Below the pieces are notes generated by a model. It was not told the origin of the DNA. It was given only the letters and a program-made list of their open reading frames with translations, and did no database searches. Below, in pieces: positions 1 to 12,554 of a stretch of DNA of 64,000 nt. A program made the position numbers and the translations under genes. How positions within the stretch are numbered: position 1 is the stretch's first letter; every line of letters starts with the position of its first letter. Source of the stretch: Podarcis filfolensis (lineage: Eukaryota); the NCBI GenBank assembly GCA_964270895.1, contig OZ185440.1. The stretch is one strand, 5' to 3'.

Positions 1-660
1 TACCCGAGATTTGCTCCTGAGTATTAAAGAATACGAAGAAGATCCGCAGAAGGGACTTGGAAAAGAATTAAGAGCCTCGGATATAAGATCTCCAGGTTGA
101 TGGACTACATGGATCTGACGGAAAGGACTGGCAGAATCCGAAACCAGGGAAAAGAGAGGGTGGAAGAAGACTGGGAAGTTAAAGTTCATATTTAGAAATT
201 TTGTAAAATTAATGACTGTTAGAAAAACTGTGGAATGATATTATAGGGATTTAGTGAAATGTTAGAAGAAGTTAAGTATAGATAAGTAATTTAGTCTTAA
301 AGGGAAATAAGGTTAAAATATATTATTTACAAGATGATAAAAAACAGAGAAAGATGGAAAGGATTTGCTGAAACAATTAGAAGAACTGGAATACAAAAAG
401 GGAGGTGTGAGGAAGTCGAGGAAACAAGGAAATGAAGGATAGAATATGGAAAAGGAGAGATGTATTTTAAACTCTTTTTGTTTTAAGTCATGTGTTTAAT
501 CTAATGGGTTTGGGGTGGGTTTTATAATATTTGTATACTGTATTGTATTGTGGTCTTTTTTCACTTTTTTTTCCTCTTTCTTTCTTGTCTTTATTTTTCT
601 TTTTTCTTCTTTTTCTGTAATCTTCAAAAGTAATAAATATTATTTTTAAAAAAAAAAAAG
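1..660 (+). mobile_element. 3' end of a squamate L1-like LINE (ORF2 C-terminal remnant, 3' UTR, poly-A)
   Basis: Peptide LMDYMDLTERTGRIRNQGKERVEEDW at about 98-175 resembles lizard L1 ORF2 ends. It is followed by a purine-rich then T-rich UTR, AATAAA near 633 and an A-run at 648-659. Confidence 0.65.
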
Positions 661-2404
661 AAAGGGAAGGAGAAGGGAAGAGTATAAAGAACCTCTGGTC
701 CCACCCATTGCCATTTGTGGCCTGGTTCACAGCTGGTAGATTACCACCAAGAGAATTTTGCTCATAATAGGAAAAGGTTCCCCAATCCTGCTGTCACTGC
801 TGTAGTCTTTCCAAGGCTCTAGAAGTGGGTGTTGGCAGGTCAGAAACACAGGTTACATCTACAGTCCAGACCCTGACTGAGGAGCATTATGGCTTAACAA
901 GGCAGTAGGGCCACAGCCTTATTTCTGCTTCTCACACCAGCTAGGGCGGAAGGTGAGTGGACAGACAAATGGCTGCATGTGCATGTAGACCTATTGGACC
1001 TGATGGCATCATGTGGTGGCAGTGAGGCTGGCTATGCTCCTTCCACGCACCCATCCCTAGGGATTTGCCTGCCCCAGCTGGCACTGAATGTTCTCGGATT
1101 CACTAAAGTGGTGTGGGAGTTAGTTACTATCTGTTAGTTTTTTCACAGTGGGATGTAAGCCATAAATCTATATTATTTTGCCCATTTTTAATCTGTTTTG
1201 TGGGATGTTAGAAATGTTCTCATATTGACTGGAAGATGAATTTTCCTTCTATCACATGACTTCAGAGATTAGGTATAGGGCCTGTGTCATTTTCTGGCAA
1301 GGCCCTTACATTTGCAGCCCTCCTGCTCATGCCAGCTGGGCAAAAGCTGACAGTGGGGGAAGCAGTTTGCTTTGAGGGTAGGGCTGAGCTGACTCCATTG
1401 CTGCCGCATGATGGCCTCAGATTTAAATGGGAGAAGGAAACCTTGATAACGTAATAACATTTGAACCCTTACAAACCAAATTCACCAAATATTTTCACCA
1501 GTATGGGCTTTACTTTGCAAGAATATTTTTTTTATATGTCAGTAGTTTTCACCAAAATTGGAAAGAAATATATGATTTGCTGTCTTAATAACTTGAAAAT
1601 AAGGGGTCAAAGTGTTAATTTTCAGCAGTTTTAAATTTGATGTATCTGTGACGATTCTTATATGCAGCAAAAAGCTCAGTGCCCATGATGGAGCAAACAG
1701 TTCAACTCCTCTGCAGAGTGATCAAACTGTTGGACTGGCAGCTCCAAGAGCTTGCTTTGCCTTACATTGGCAAATATAAGCATCTCCCAGAAACAGAAGC
1801 AGGAATGAGGGGCTACAATGCATGTATCCACTAATTAAAAAACAATAATGGGCAGGGCAGTTCAAACCTCTTGCTGGGAGCAGTGAAGCAGCATATTCAA
1901 AATCCTGCTGCTCACAGCCAAGGTGAAAGTTTCAATGTGAGTTTTCACCCTTTTTTGCAGCATCAGCACCAAGACATCTGTGGACATCTCTTAACATCTG
2001 TGGTGGCTTTCAGTTGGGCTTATGGGGTGCTGCATCACATACCTGGAAGGAACTGTCTCCCGTGGATCTAAAGTTTCTGGTGCCCAACCCTGCCCTGAAA
2101 CACCCCAGGTTGGGAGTAGTTTCCACTGATATCATCATCAGCAGAATCACTGGTGGTAGATTCCTATCTGTGTGGTTGGGGTCTCTGCTGTAGTGGAGCC
2201 TCCCCCCCATCCCACCATGGTACTTCTCTCTGCTGGGCAAAGTCAGCAAAGAGGGCCTGTACACTAGCCTCTCATCGAATGGTGAGGGGTTAATTATCTG
2301 CCCTTCATGCCAAGGCCCCAGGTTGGGTTGCAACAATAAATGACAGTATTAAAAATAGTGGTAGAATAAACCCCTCTGCCAGTCTTAGCACCCAAATGGG
2401 ACTG

Positions 2405-2502
2405 TAGGGAAGGAGGAAGTCTTTCAGGTATTTGGTGCATGAGTTGCTTAGGGCTTTAGACGCTAACATGAGCACCTTGAATTGGGCCTGGAAATGAACT
2501 GT
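2405..2502 (-). mobile_element. Old L2 LINE RT C-terminal fragment
   Basis: Minus-strand translation VHFQAQFKVLMLASKALSNSCTKYLKDFL resembles the L2 motif FKVLxLxxKALxxLxPxYL. Confidence 0.55.
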
Positions 2503-4889
2503 GTGTGTAAGTCCTGTGGGTGTTTGGAGAAGCTAGATTATATAAACGATCTTTCTTTGGGCGGAGAGCATAATTTGGCCTTCAATAAACCTCAAGCAGG
2601 GGCTGATTTAACTGATGTTATTCTTCAGTAAAATTTTAATTTCTGGTATTATTATGCTTGATACAACTGTCAGAGCCAATGACAATGCTATCCAGCTTTC
2701 CTTTGCACAAAATGCAACTAATTTCTGTATGAAAACAGCAGATGATACTTTCAATGCTGAAAAATATAGGATAAAACAAAGCCATTTTCTCTGTGTAAAG
2801 TAGCAATTATGACCTCTTTGACTTAGCACTTACTCTACAGAAATAAGCAATTGCCATTTGGCTCTATTCATTTTGTACTTGTTTCACACTTTCATAAGAT
2901 GTATCAGCAGGCTTTTAATTATCCTGCAAATGATTCTATTAAGAATTCTCCTTGCATATTAAATGCAGGAGACATTGTTTTAAGCCTCCATTACCTCCTG
3001 TGAGTATAATGTGTGCAGACACAGAAAAATGAAATTATTTTGCTAAATGAAAACAACCTAAGCAGAAGAAATCATTTTGAATAATGACAATTTGGGTTAT
3101 AGTGTCACCATTCCCTATCTGTTTGCTCTGATGGAATGTTTAAAAAAATGTGTCTATTAAAAATAAGCAGCAACACTGTCTAAGTAAATGAAATAAATCA
3201 GGAAGATTTTCAAAGGGAATAAAAAGTGTCATTTATGATGGTTACAGCTTATACGCCCACTATGATTCTTGTACTGGTACATTTATATTCTCTCATGGTG
3301 GATAACATTACTTGATCTGTCAAAATGGAGTGACAGAATTTCTGAGTTTAGACAGCTTATTTAAGAACAGTAAAATTCTATTGTGTGTTTTCTAGCTTGC
3401 CTCAAAGTACTATTAGTAAGAAAACAAGAAATGAATAAAACCAGTAATTGTCCAGAACGTTGTTTTATAAAACTGAAAACAGAAAGCAGTGGCAAAGAAA
3501 ACTGAAAATCATAGTGTTACCCACAGGAATTTGCCAGGAAAGCAAACACACATTTTCATTTGACGTGATATTATTTCAGTGGCCCCTGAGATCTAAATTA
3601 TAACACTTTTCCTGTGGTTGTAATGAATTCATTAATGCTTGATGTATTTTTTTTTAAAAAAACCAACCACATTCTCTGGATTATGATATACCTACAGTAT
3701 CAACAAGGGAAAGAGCCTAAAGTTGGGTATCTCTTGACTGGACCCGATTGACAGTTGACATGATTAGTCCCAAGAGCATGCCTCTGCTGAGCACAGCCCA
3801 TGCAACTTCTTAGGTATACACTTGAGTTCAGGGCAATGAAGCAAGGTGTGTGGGTGGTGGGTAGGAGAAGTCTCTAATGCAGATGGAGGAAAATGTATGA
3901 TGAATGAAGTCAAGATGAAATTAGACCCCAGTATCAGCCTACACTGTGATGTACAAAGGAGGTAAAATACTAATAATGATTTTTCTCCTTCACTGTTACA
4001 TTATTTCAGGTTTGTGCAGTGGAGTATTTCTGAGTGGTCACAGAGGGGCATTCTTTGAGGGTAATGGAAAGTAAGTGGCCTGTCACTTGCTTTCCTTTTG
4101 TCTGAGACCTTAATGGGTGGGTGGGTATGATTAGCCTTGAAGGACACGTGTCTTGAACCTAATCCCCCCCGCCCCCATGAATCCTTTACTTCATGAGGTG
4201 GACTGCCCTCTAGCACTCAGAAGTTAGTTCAAGTGAGGTGTAACTGGGAATAGGATTTTAGCCTAAAATACTATGGAGAACTTGATAGGACTCAGGGTAC
4301 TTGCACCCTCAGACATTTGACCTCTAAGGTAATTTCCCTTCCCTACAAAGATGCTGCTGGGTTTCCTTCATAAGCAGGAAATCTAGCAGCATCTTCAACA
4401 GTTGGCCTCTGGAAGAAGAACATGGAACAGGAAAGAATGCTAGGCAAGTTGAAGTGGGAGGAGAAAATGTGAAGGTAGGACATGCTGAATTTTTCAACTT
4501 TCACATTCCAAAAATGAGGGGTCCTTAAAAGTTGCAACATGAATTGGGAATTCAAAAGATATTTTGGGTAAATTTATATAATTAGTTTTGCCTGGTAGGT
4601 AAAATTTGTGTGAAACTGCATAGAAATAATGAAAAATGATTGCCAAGTACTTGCAGTTATATATCATATATTAGCATTTCCTGACATTTTCAGAAAGTAA
4701 AATTAGAATTCTTTGGTTTTCCGAAAGTGGTTTATGTCCTTCTTCATCAAATGTAGACCTACAAAGCTAAATATTGTCCAATCACCAAAATAATAGCAGA
4801 TTTGAATTCCTCATACCCAAAAACATATTTTAAGACCCCTCACTAAAGAAATCTTCAAAATTTAAGTTTCACACTCTAAAATGACATGC

Positions 4890-5702
4890 TATCAGGGACT
4901 CAGGAGCAGGAGCACTGGGGAGAGAGGAAATGGAGAGCGAAGGGGAAGAATCCGAGGGCAGCGTAGGGGAGTATGACAGTGGCCTGAGAGATTCCATGAG
5001 CTTCTCCAGCGAATCAGAAGATTCCCAGAAGGGGGCGCCGATGGTCAGGGCAAGGGGGGTCCCAGGGGGGACGCACCAGAAACAAGGAGCCAGAGGGGAA
5101 CCCCAAAGCAGCAGTGGGGGATCAGGACCAGTTTCCCCACCAGAGCGTAGTGGGGGGGAAGAGTCACATGTGTCAGGGCCAGCGTCTCCTCCAGCGGGGA
5201 GAGAAAGTGAGTCAGGGCTGACCACGCCTCCAACGGAGGGGAGGTCAGTTGCAGCTAGCCCCCCCAGAGCGGGAAGCAGTGACAGCAGCAGCAGTGAAAC
5301 GGTCAGGAGAAAAGTTACCGGCTGGGCGCGCGCGCCAAGTTCAAATGTACAGGCGCGGGGAACAGCAGGAGACCCGGATGGGGAACCAGCTCCTAAAGCC
5401 CGCCGGAGGGAGGGGGAAGGCTCAGGGGACTCAGCGTCAGAAGAGTCTAGAAAGGGCGAGACCCCAACGGCCAGGCGGAACCAGAGGCGGAAGGAACAGA
5501 GGAAGAGGTGGAGTAAGGCTAGAGTCTTAAATTGGTGTCTGGGGGGAGGAGACTCAGACGGAGCATCAGCGGTCTGACAGTTGAGACGTAGAGCTGCGCG
5601 CTGCGGCTCTGGAAGTGAAACTGAACTTCAATAAAGACTTTTGTACTTAACAACGAAGCAGCGTTGGTCCTTTGTGAGCTGGGACCTTGGGCAGCTCTGA
5701 CA
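4890..5702 (+). mobile_element. Solo LTR (813 bp), probably Gypsy-type
   Basis: 5-bp TSD CATGC (4885-4889 and 5703-5707). Termini TATCAGGG (decayed TGTCAG) and CTCTGACA. TATA-like TTAAAT near 5527 and AATAAA at 5630-5635. GC-rich island in AT-rich flanks. Confidence 0.85.
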
Positions 5703-6395
5703 CATGCCCACATTGCAGGGGTGGGGAGTGTTTGTTGAAGGTATGAGTGAAGAAGGAGGGAAGATGAACAAGGGAGAAAATGAAGGTATGAGCTCTCAAT
5801 CCAGTTCCTAAGTATACGTTGTGACTAAGGGTGTAAGAAGGCAGCCTTTCCATTCCACTCTGTATTTGCTGGGTGCAAAACTATTTCCGTTCTGCAGCAC
5901 TTCATCTTCTACCCAAAACTATGTTATTCACCTCATTGCTTATTGTGGCAAATCTATGTAACTTAGGTAAGTTACATTGTCATCGCATTACTCCACCCCA
6001 TTCATTTCAATGCAAATTGTGCACAAATTGTTTGAGGACTGCTAGCAACAACAGTAAATACTAATCATACTCAGCTGATTGCCATTCCAGACATGGGACC
6101 ACTGTGGCAAACATCAGCAATTTCTGTACTCATTTCTCCTTTCCTCAGAACTCTCCAACTTCCCAGCTGTGACTGGCATATGCTTGCATGTGGGTTTGCA
6201 CTTATTTTCATTCATCTTAAACCAGTCCAAACCAATATGAGAAAACCCTGTCCTATATATTTACGGTGGACTCATTCTCCTAGCATGACTTCTATCAGCA
6301 AAATAGACAAGGTGGAAGTATCATCAGGCTCAGAAGAACCCCAATATTGTAAGTTCCTTTGAGCTGTCATGGCAAAAAAGCAACTAGTAAATTTA

Positions 6396-6437
<42 letters not shown>
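6396..6437. repeat. (AAT)14 microsatellite
   Basis: Read directly. Confidence 0.95.
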
Positions 6438-6438
<1 letters not shown>

Positions 6439-6542
6439 TCCTGGAGAAAGGCAAAAGCAATCCAGACCACAGTTTTGTTGCAGGTCCCACACATTAAATA
6501 TTTGGCTTATTCGGCTTCTGGTAAACTTGAAAATTAGAAATG

Positions 6543-6858
6543 AACATAAGTACACAGGAAGAATCTGCTGGATCAGGCCAATGGCCTACTAGTCCAGCAT
6601 CCTGATCTCATGGTGGCCAACCAGATGTCTGTGGGAAACTGGCAAACAGGACCTGAGAACAAGAAGAATCTATGTTCCTTTGACTTCCTGCAACTGGTAT
6701 TCAGAAGTATTACTGCCTCCCACCATGGAGGCAGAGCATTGTGATTAGTAGCCACTGGCAGCCTTATGCTCTATGAATTTGTCCAATACTCTTTTAAAGC
6801 CATCCAAGTTGGTGTCCATCACTGCCTTGTGTAGAATCAAGTTCCATAGTTTGATTAC
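6543..6858 (-). mobile_element. CR1 LINE 3' end fragment, decayed
   Basis: aacataag...ctgctggatcaggccaatggcc...tagtccagcatcctg...ttttaaagccatccaagttgg matches the antisense squamate CR1 terminus. Confidence 0.75.
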
Positions 6859-9050
6859 GGGCTCCTAGTTGGTATTCCACAACTTCAAGAGGGACCTATG
6901 AATCTGCATTAGCTTACTTAGCCCCCCATGCTGGGAACTAGGAGACATCAACAAAAAATAGTAGTACTTTGCATTTGCTAGTGGCATATCAGTTGCCTCA
7001 TGTAATGGAAAAAGCATGAAGTCAAACAGACCTCTGCTATATTGAGTGAAGGCTGAAGTTTATGCCGCATTCTGCAGATTCACTGAGTCCTCTCAGACAA
7101 TATGGTTATAAACAAAGCTGACCCCACTATGCATCAGGGTGAAGCAGTTTGTTTTGGGTGGCATCATGGGTTTGTATGGGTATAACAGGCAAAGTATCTG
7201 TTGCAGCTAGGCTTTTTAAAATGTTAGTCCAAGTTGCAGGAGGCAGGTAGTGCAATCTAGGCTCTGCTTTTGGCAGCGAAATGGCTTGGACTGGCCTAGG
7301 TTAATTTGTACCTCTCTCAGGTTGCTTTATCTGCATTGGTTTATCTGTATCTGTCTCAGCTTGCTTTACAGACTGCAGTATGGGTCATTCTTGTAAAGCT
7401 TATGTAAAGATTGTGTATGTTGCTTTCCACAGAATGTGCTAGAAATATAAATGAATAAATAGAATCATGAGGACTCTTACGTTTTCAAACAACCATATCC
7501 TTTCGGTTTGTTGAGTGTAGTTATTGAAACTTTCACTTCCTGGATTAGTCAACTGTGTGCATCATTCAATCACTGTTATCTGAGGAAAAGTGCCAGGGAA
7601 ACAGTTAAGTCCACAATTTTGAAATCACTGTGTGGGATAAGCCAAAAGGTCATAACAGAGGAAAATGTTTTCCTGAGCTTTTACCCTGGCTCTGCTTCTG
7701 TTAGAATTCAGAATGTTGTTGTTTTTTTTGCTTTGATGATTAGCTTGTTGTTGTTTATGGCAACTGTGCACAGACCTTGCCTTCTGTCCTTGAAATAATG
7801 GACATTCTAAGGAAATGGGGGGGGGGGAATCCAGTATCCATTAGCACAGCAGATAGTCTTACTTGGCGAATAACAGAATTCATGGTAAAAGTAAGCGACA
7901 TCAAACATAGTATAGACTTTCTTTTTAAAAGCAGTGTCTTCTAAATATAGATTATAGTAATTTACTTTCAAACAACTCATTTTAAGCATGTGACATGTTC
8001 ATTAACCCCAGGTAGAAAAATTATTGTGGTGCATTAATTTTTCACCAATGAAGACATTAGTCATATTTGCAAGTATCATTAGTGTCTGCCACCGAGGTGG
8101 AAAAGTCTTACTGTCTCGGTCCAAATGAAGGAAGCATTTGAATGTTAATGAGAATCTGTTAAGTTCTGTGGGTTATCAGCTCTTGCACACTTTTATGCTT
8201 TGAATCTTAATTAGAGACCTCTAAAGCACATCATTAAAGGTATTATAAAGAACAAGGATAAATATGTAATCCTTTAGTGAAATAACATTAAAAAAATTAA
8301 AGGATTTGGTGCAGCCGTTCTTCTGTCCTTGTGACCATATTCAAAGTGGGGGTATGTAGATTTCTCCATGGAACAAATGTATTCTGCAGGTTTTTTATAA
8401 AAATAATAATTTGCCTCTCTTAGTTTTGATGGTGACTCCATCTGTAAAAGTAATCCAGCAAAAAGCAGAAGCATCATATGGCAGTAGTTTCTGACCCAGC
8501 CTGTTACTTGGAACAAAGAAGAACCAAAATACTCATTGGCTAATGCCATCAGAATGTAAACGCACACAAATGGTCAGATGCCCTTCTTGCTCTCACAACT
8601 AATTTAGCAGTGCCTCTGGTTATGGAAAGGATTCAGGAAGCTTTTAAAGCCCCTGTGAAATCCAACAGATCAAGGAGTTAATTTATTTAAGTAGATTAGG
8701 GAATATTTAACCTGAATACTACAACAAACTTATGCCAAAACATTCCTAATGTTTAGTACTACGCTGTGTCCACAGTTTTAAGTTGCTTTAGTTTTTCCAA
8801 AAGCAAGTAAAAGATCTAGAGAGAATTCATCACAGTCACTTCAAAATACAAAAAGAGCAATGCGATAAATTAAAATATACAGAATTATATTCAGCATGAT
8901 TATGTAGTTTAGTTTTGCACTTAAATGAGCCACACATTTGTTGGGGGAAGGAGGTATCAAATAAAAACTCCTAGATACTATAGTCTTTCCTAGTTGGTAC
9001 TCCCAAGTTCTTGACTATTTTGCCAGGTGTCCACAATATCCTTCTTGATA

Positions 9051-9275
9051 CAGTGGTACCTTGGTTCTCAAACTTAATCCTTTCCGAAAGTCCGTTCCAA
9101 AACCAAAGTCTTCCAAAACCAAGGCGCGCTTTCCCATAGAAAGTAATGCAAAATGGATTAACCCATTCCAGAGTTTTAAAAACAACCCCTAAAACAGCAA
9201 TTTAACATGAATTTTTCTATCTAACAAGACCATTGTTCCATAAAATGAAAGCAATAAACAATGTACTGCAGTCAC

Positions 9276-9310
<35 letters not shown>

Positions 9311-9562
9311 GTAGCTGAACTGGGTTTCACACAGTCACAAAAAAGAGCCACAAAAATGCAAAATAAATAGCAAAAACAGACAGACCTCAGCGTAACACTC
9401 AAAATGGGAGTGTGGCACTCAAATCGGAAGCACAACACTCAAAACGGAGCACGTTTGGCTTCCAAAAAAAGTTCACAAACAAGAACACTTACTTCCGGGT
9501 TTGTAGTGTTTGGGTTCCAAGTTGTTTTAGTACCAAGGCGCTTGAGAACCAAGGTACCACTG
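9051..9562. mobile_element. Tc1/mariner (Tigger-like) non-autonomous element, 512 bp, with an internal (CAAT)8
   Basis: TIRs CAGTGGTACCTTGGTTCTCAA and TTGAGAACCAAGGTACCACTG. TA TSD at 9049-9050 and 9563-9564. Confidence 0.9.
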
Positions 9563-10604
9563 TACTGGGTAATCATTGGTAGCAGGGCAGCTGGTACACT
9601 AGCAGAGCTCACAGTCTGTCCCTCATTCCCAATGTTACAAACACGTGTCAAAAATTGGACATAGTTTGCACAAGATAGTGGGTGAAGGAAAAAATGGTCT
9701 TGCTGAAGTTATAGAATAGGAATTAAAATGGAAGGTTGTTTGTTGGATAGGGGCTTTCCAACAGTGCTCAGGCAAACATAGCTAAATGTTGAGTGAGGAG
9801 TCCACCACCGTGCATTAGACAGTGTTACTTCTTGTTGTAATCTTTGCCTTGTTTCATTAATTACATGCATAAACACATTTTTTCCATTCTATTTGCATTG
9901 CCTTTTAAAAGAATTAACTGAATTAAAACATATTTTCCATGAACTTTCCACTATATTAGCCAAGTAACTTCTTTAAGAAGCAAAACCTTAGCTATAAATT
10001 TGCAACAATAATCTTGTTTAGTAGAAATAATGTTTTACTGATATTTACACAACACAAAAGTTGTGTATATCACTTTCATTTGTTTGTCTTTCAGTTCGGA
10101 TGAAAAAATTATACCTCTCTCTAGACAGTTTTGTTGTATTATTTAAGCACTTTTTGTTTTTGCTGAAAATTACTTTGGTAGGATGAAATTTACCGCTTTG
10201 ACTGTGATCAGGGCCACAGCTCAGTCTGTAGCATTCAGTGCTGACATGCCTATTTCCTACCTGTCAGAATGAAATACTAATGGTAGGTCCTATCAATTCT
10301 GACATTGCCTTCTTATATTTTATATCCAAGGTCACTTTCTTCATGTTTACATTTGACATGGAAATAGAAATGAAACTATACAAAATTTTAAAGCAATGTT
10401 ATGCTGGTAGCTCTTATTGCAACAATTGCTGTTATAGGCGATACAACCTTTGGAGAACACAGTGAAACTTTTGCTTGTAGGTAAACAACAGAAAACTTGA
10501 AGGATTTTAAAACATTATTATTTAATAGATATCCAATATTGGACTTCTCCATCTATCATAGTATGTCAATAGCTAAATAAAATATTTGAAAAATTAATAA
10601 TATT

Positions 10605-11290
10605 AATATTAATATACCACCCTATACCCAGAGGTCTCAGGGAGTTTCACAGAATAAAATCAAAATATAAAAAACACAAAATAAACAATCAAAATAAAAA
10701 CAATCCAATAACCCCCCAAAAAAACACCCCCCACATTTTAAAAGCGCATAGGATGCCAATCAAATGCTGAAAAGCATTTCCCAAGTAACGCCCTCTAGGA
10801 ATGACCATCCAAGTAGGACTGGAACCACTGCAAAGCAGTGCCACCCACCCCTAGTTCTGACAGTCGCTCCAGAAGGATACCATGGTTAATGGTATTGAAA
10901 GCTGCTGAGAGGTCGAGAAGAATTAACAGGGACATGTTTCCCTTCTCTCTCTCTCTCTCATCAGAGATCATCATACAGGGTGGCCAAAGCAGTTTCTGTG
11001 CCAAAACCGGGCCTAAACCCCGCTTGAAATGGATCCAGAAAACCAATTTCTTCCAAAAGCACATGGATCTGGACTGTGACCACTTGCTCCAGAACCTTGC
11101 TCAGGAAAGGGAGATTAGCAACTGGCCAGAAGTTAGTTAGGTTTTCCAAATCCAGGGAAGGTTCCTTAAGGAATGTTTTTACCACTGTCTCCTTCAAAGA
11201 GGCAGGGACCACCCCCTCTCCTAAAGAGGCACTGATGACCTCCCTGGCCCAGCCAACTGTTCCCTCCCTGCTGATTTTTATCCAGTGTAT
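10605..11290 (-). mobile_element. L2 LINE remnant: RT core joined directly to the 3' tail (internal deletion)
   Basis: Minus-strand peptides [54 protein letters not shown] and [12 protein letters not shown]2-type tail at 10605-10770. Confidence 0.9.
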
Positions 11291-11747
11291 TGTGTTTAAG
11301 TCCTCTAACAACAAATTATGCAAATATGAAGATGCTATATTTTTTTAGGTATAGAGAGGTCAGCCTCAGATATCTGAGATCTCAGAACCGTTGCTGTTTA
11401 ATCATTTTTCATTATTGTTGTGTATCATGTAATATTTATTCTACATTTGGCCCAAATAAGGATGCATGTTTAACAGGAACAGCACAATTTCTTTCCTTTG
11501 CCTACTCAGGGGTATTACATAGAAAGCATTCTAACATTATACTATCAATAACCTTAGCTCTAAATTACAAAGTCTTCCTCCTTTGCAGATCAAGATGTAA
11601 TTTATCATGGGTGCCAAGTTAGCCAAATCGTATTTGGGAAATGTCTAATAAGAATTGTTATTTGTTATGCATTTATTTAGTTTTGACATGAATTGACTGT
11701 CACCTACCTTCCTCCCTCTGAGCAGTTCACAGTTTTTCAAAAAAGCA

Positions 11748-11795
11748 GTAATATATAAGTAGTAAGTGATATATAAGTAGTAAGTAATATATAAG
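11748..11795. repeat. 18-bp minisatellite, about 2.7 copies (GTAATATATAAGTAGTAA)
   Basis: Units start at 11748, 11766 and 11784. Confidence 0.85.
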
Positions 11796-12039
11796 CTATC
11801 AAATAAATGTAAACAATAATATCTATAAACTAGTGTTGGGGAAACTAGTGTTGGCTGAACCCACAGGGTATTGAGCATTGAACCCCAAATTTTCCCCAAC
11901 ACTAGCATTAAATTATTCCAAAACAGCATGAAAACCTAGCCAAGAATAATTTGTTCCAAGGACTAAAAAATACCAAAGCATAATTTTAATAAACCTGGAA
12001 TAATTAAAAGATCTTCACATAAAACCTAAAAGATTTTAA

Positions 12040-12310
12040 GTGCCATGTAATCTTCAGTGGGGAGGGCATTCCATAACCAGGGTGCCAACACCAAAAAGGA
12101 CCTCAACTTAGCCACCTGGCTCACCATACTTGGCAGTGGAATATAGAACAGGACCTCTGATTAAGATCTTAATGTTGACAGATGTACATAGGAGGAGGTG
12201 ATCTTTCAGGTAACCTAGCCTCAAGTCATTTAGAGCATTAAAGGTTAATACCAACACTTTGAAATGGGCCCAGAAATTGATTGGAAGCCAATGCAGATAA
12301 CAAAGGTTGA
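12040..12310 (-). mobile_element. Old L2 LINE C-terminal fragment
   Basis: gggagggcattccataaccagggtgcc...gagcattaaaggttaataccaacactttgaaatgggccc is the antisense of the L2 [11 protein letters not shown] and AAPRLWN regions. Confidence 0.6.
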
Positions 12311-12339
12311 ATCTGGCTAGTGCTGTTGTGTTTTAATCA

Positions 12340-12485
12340 AAATTATTTGCATGTTTTTAATAGATCGTATAATTAATGTGTGTGTGTGTTTAGTTGTTGT
12401 TTTTATTGCCCCCCCAATGTTTTAGCTGTTCTTATTTTATCTAAGTTGCCTTGAGTCCCAGACAGGGAAAAATGTGGGGCATAAA
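12340..12485 (+). mobile_element. L2-type 3' tail
   Basis: T-rich stretch then gttgccttgagtccc...gggaaaaatgtggggcataaat, ending in a microsatellite. Confidence 0.45.
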
Positions 12486-12554
12486 TTCTTCTTCTTCTCC
12501 TTCTCCTTCTTCTCCTCCTCCTCCTCCTCCTCCTCCTCCTCCTTCTTCTTCTTC
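12486..12554. repeat. Compound (CTT)n/(CCT)n polypyrimidine microsatellite
   Basis: Read directly. Confidence 0.95.

Noticed and set aside
6272-6555. ORFs with poly-Leu and poly-Tyr
   Set aside because: These are translations of the (AAT)14 microsatellite.
11748-11855. Short direct repeats considered as a CRISPR-like array
   Set aside because: They are head-to-tail with no unique spacers, in a eukaryotic context, so they are ordinary slippage duplications.
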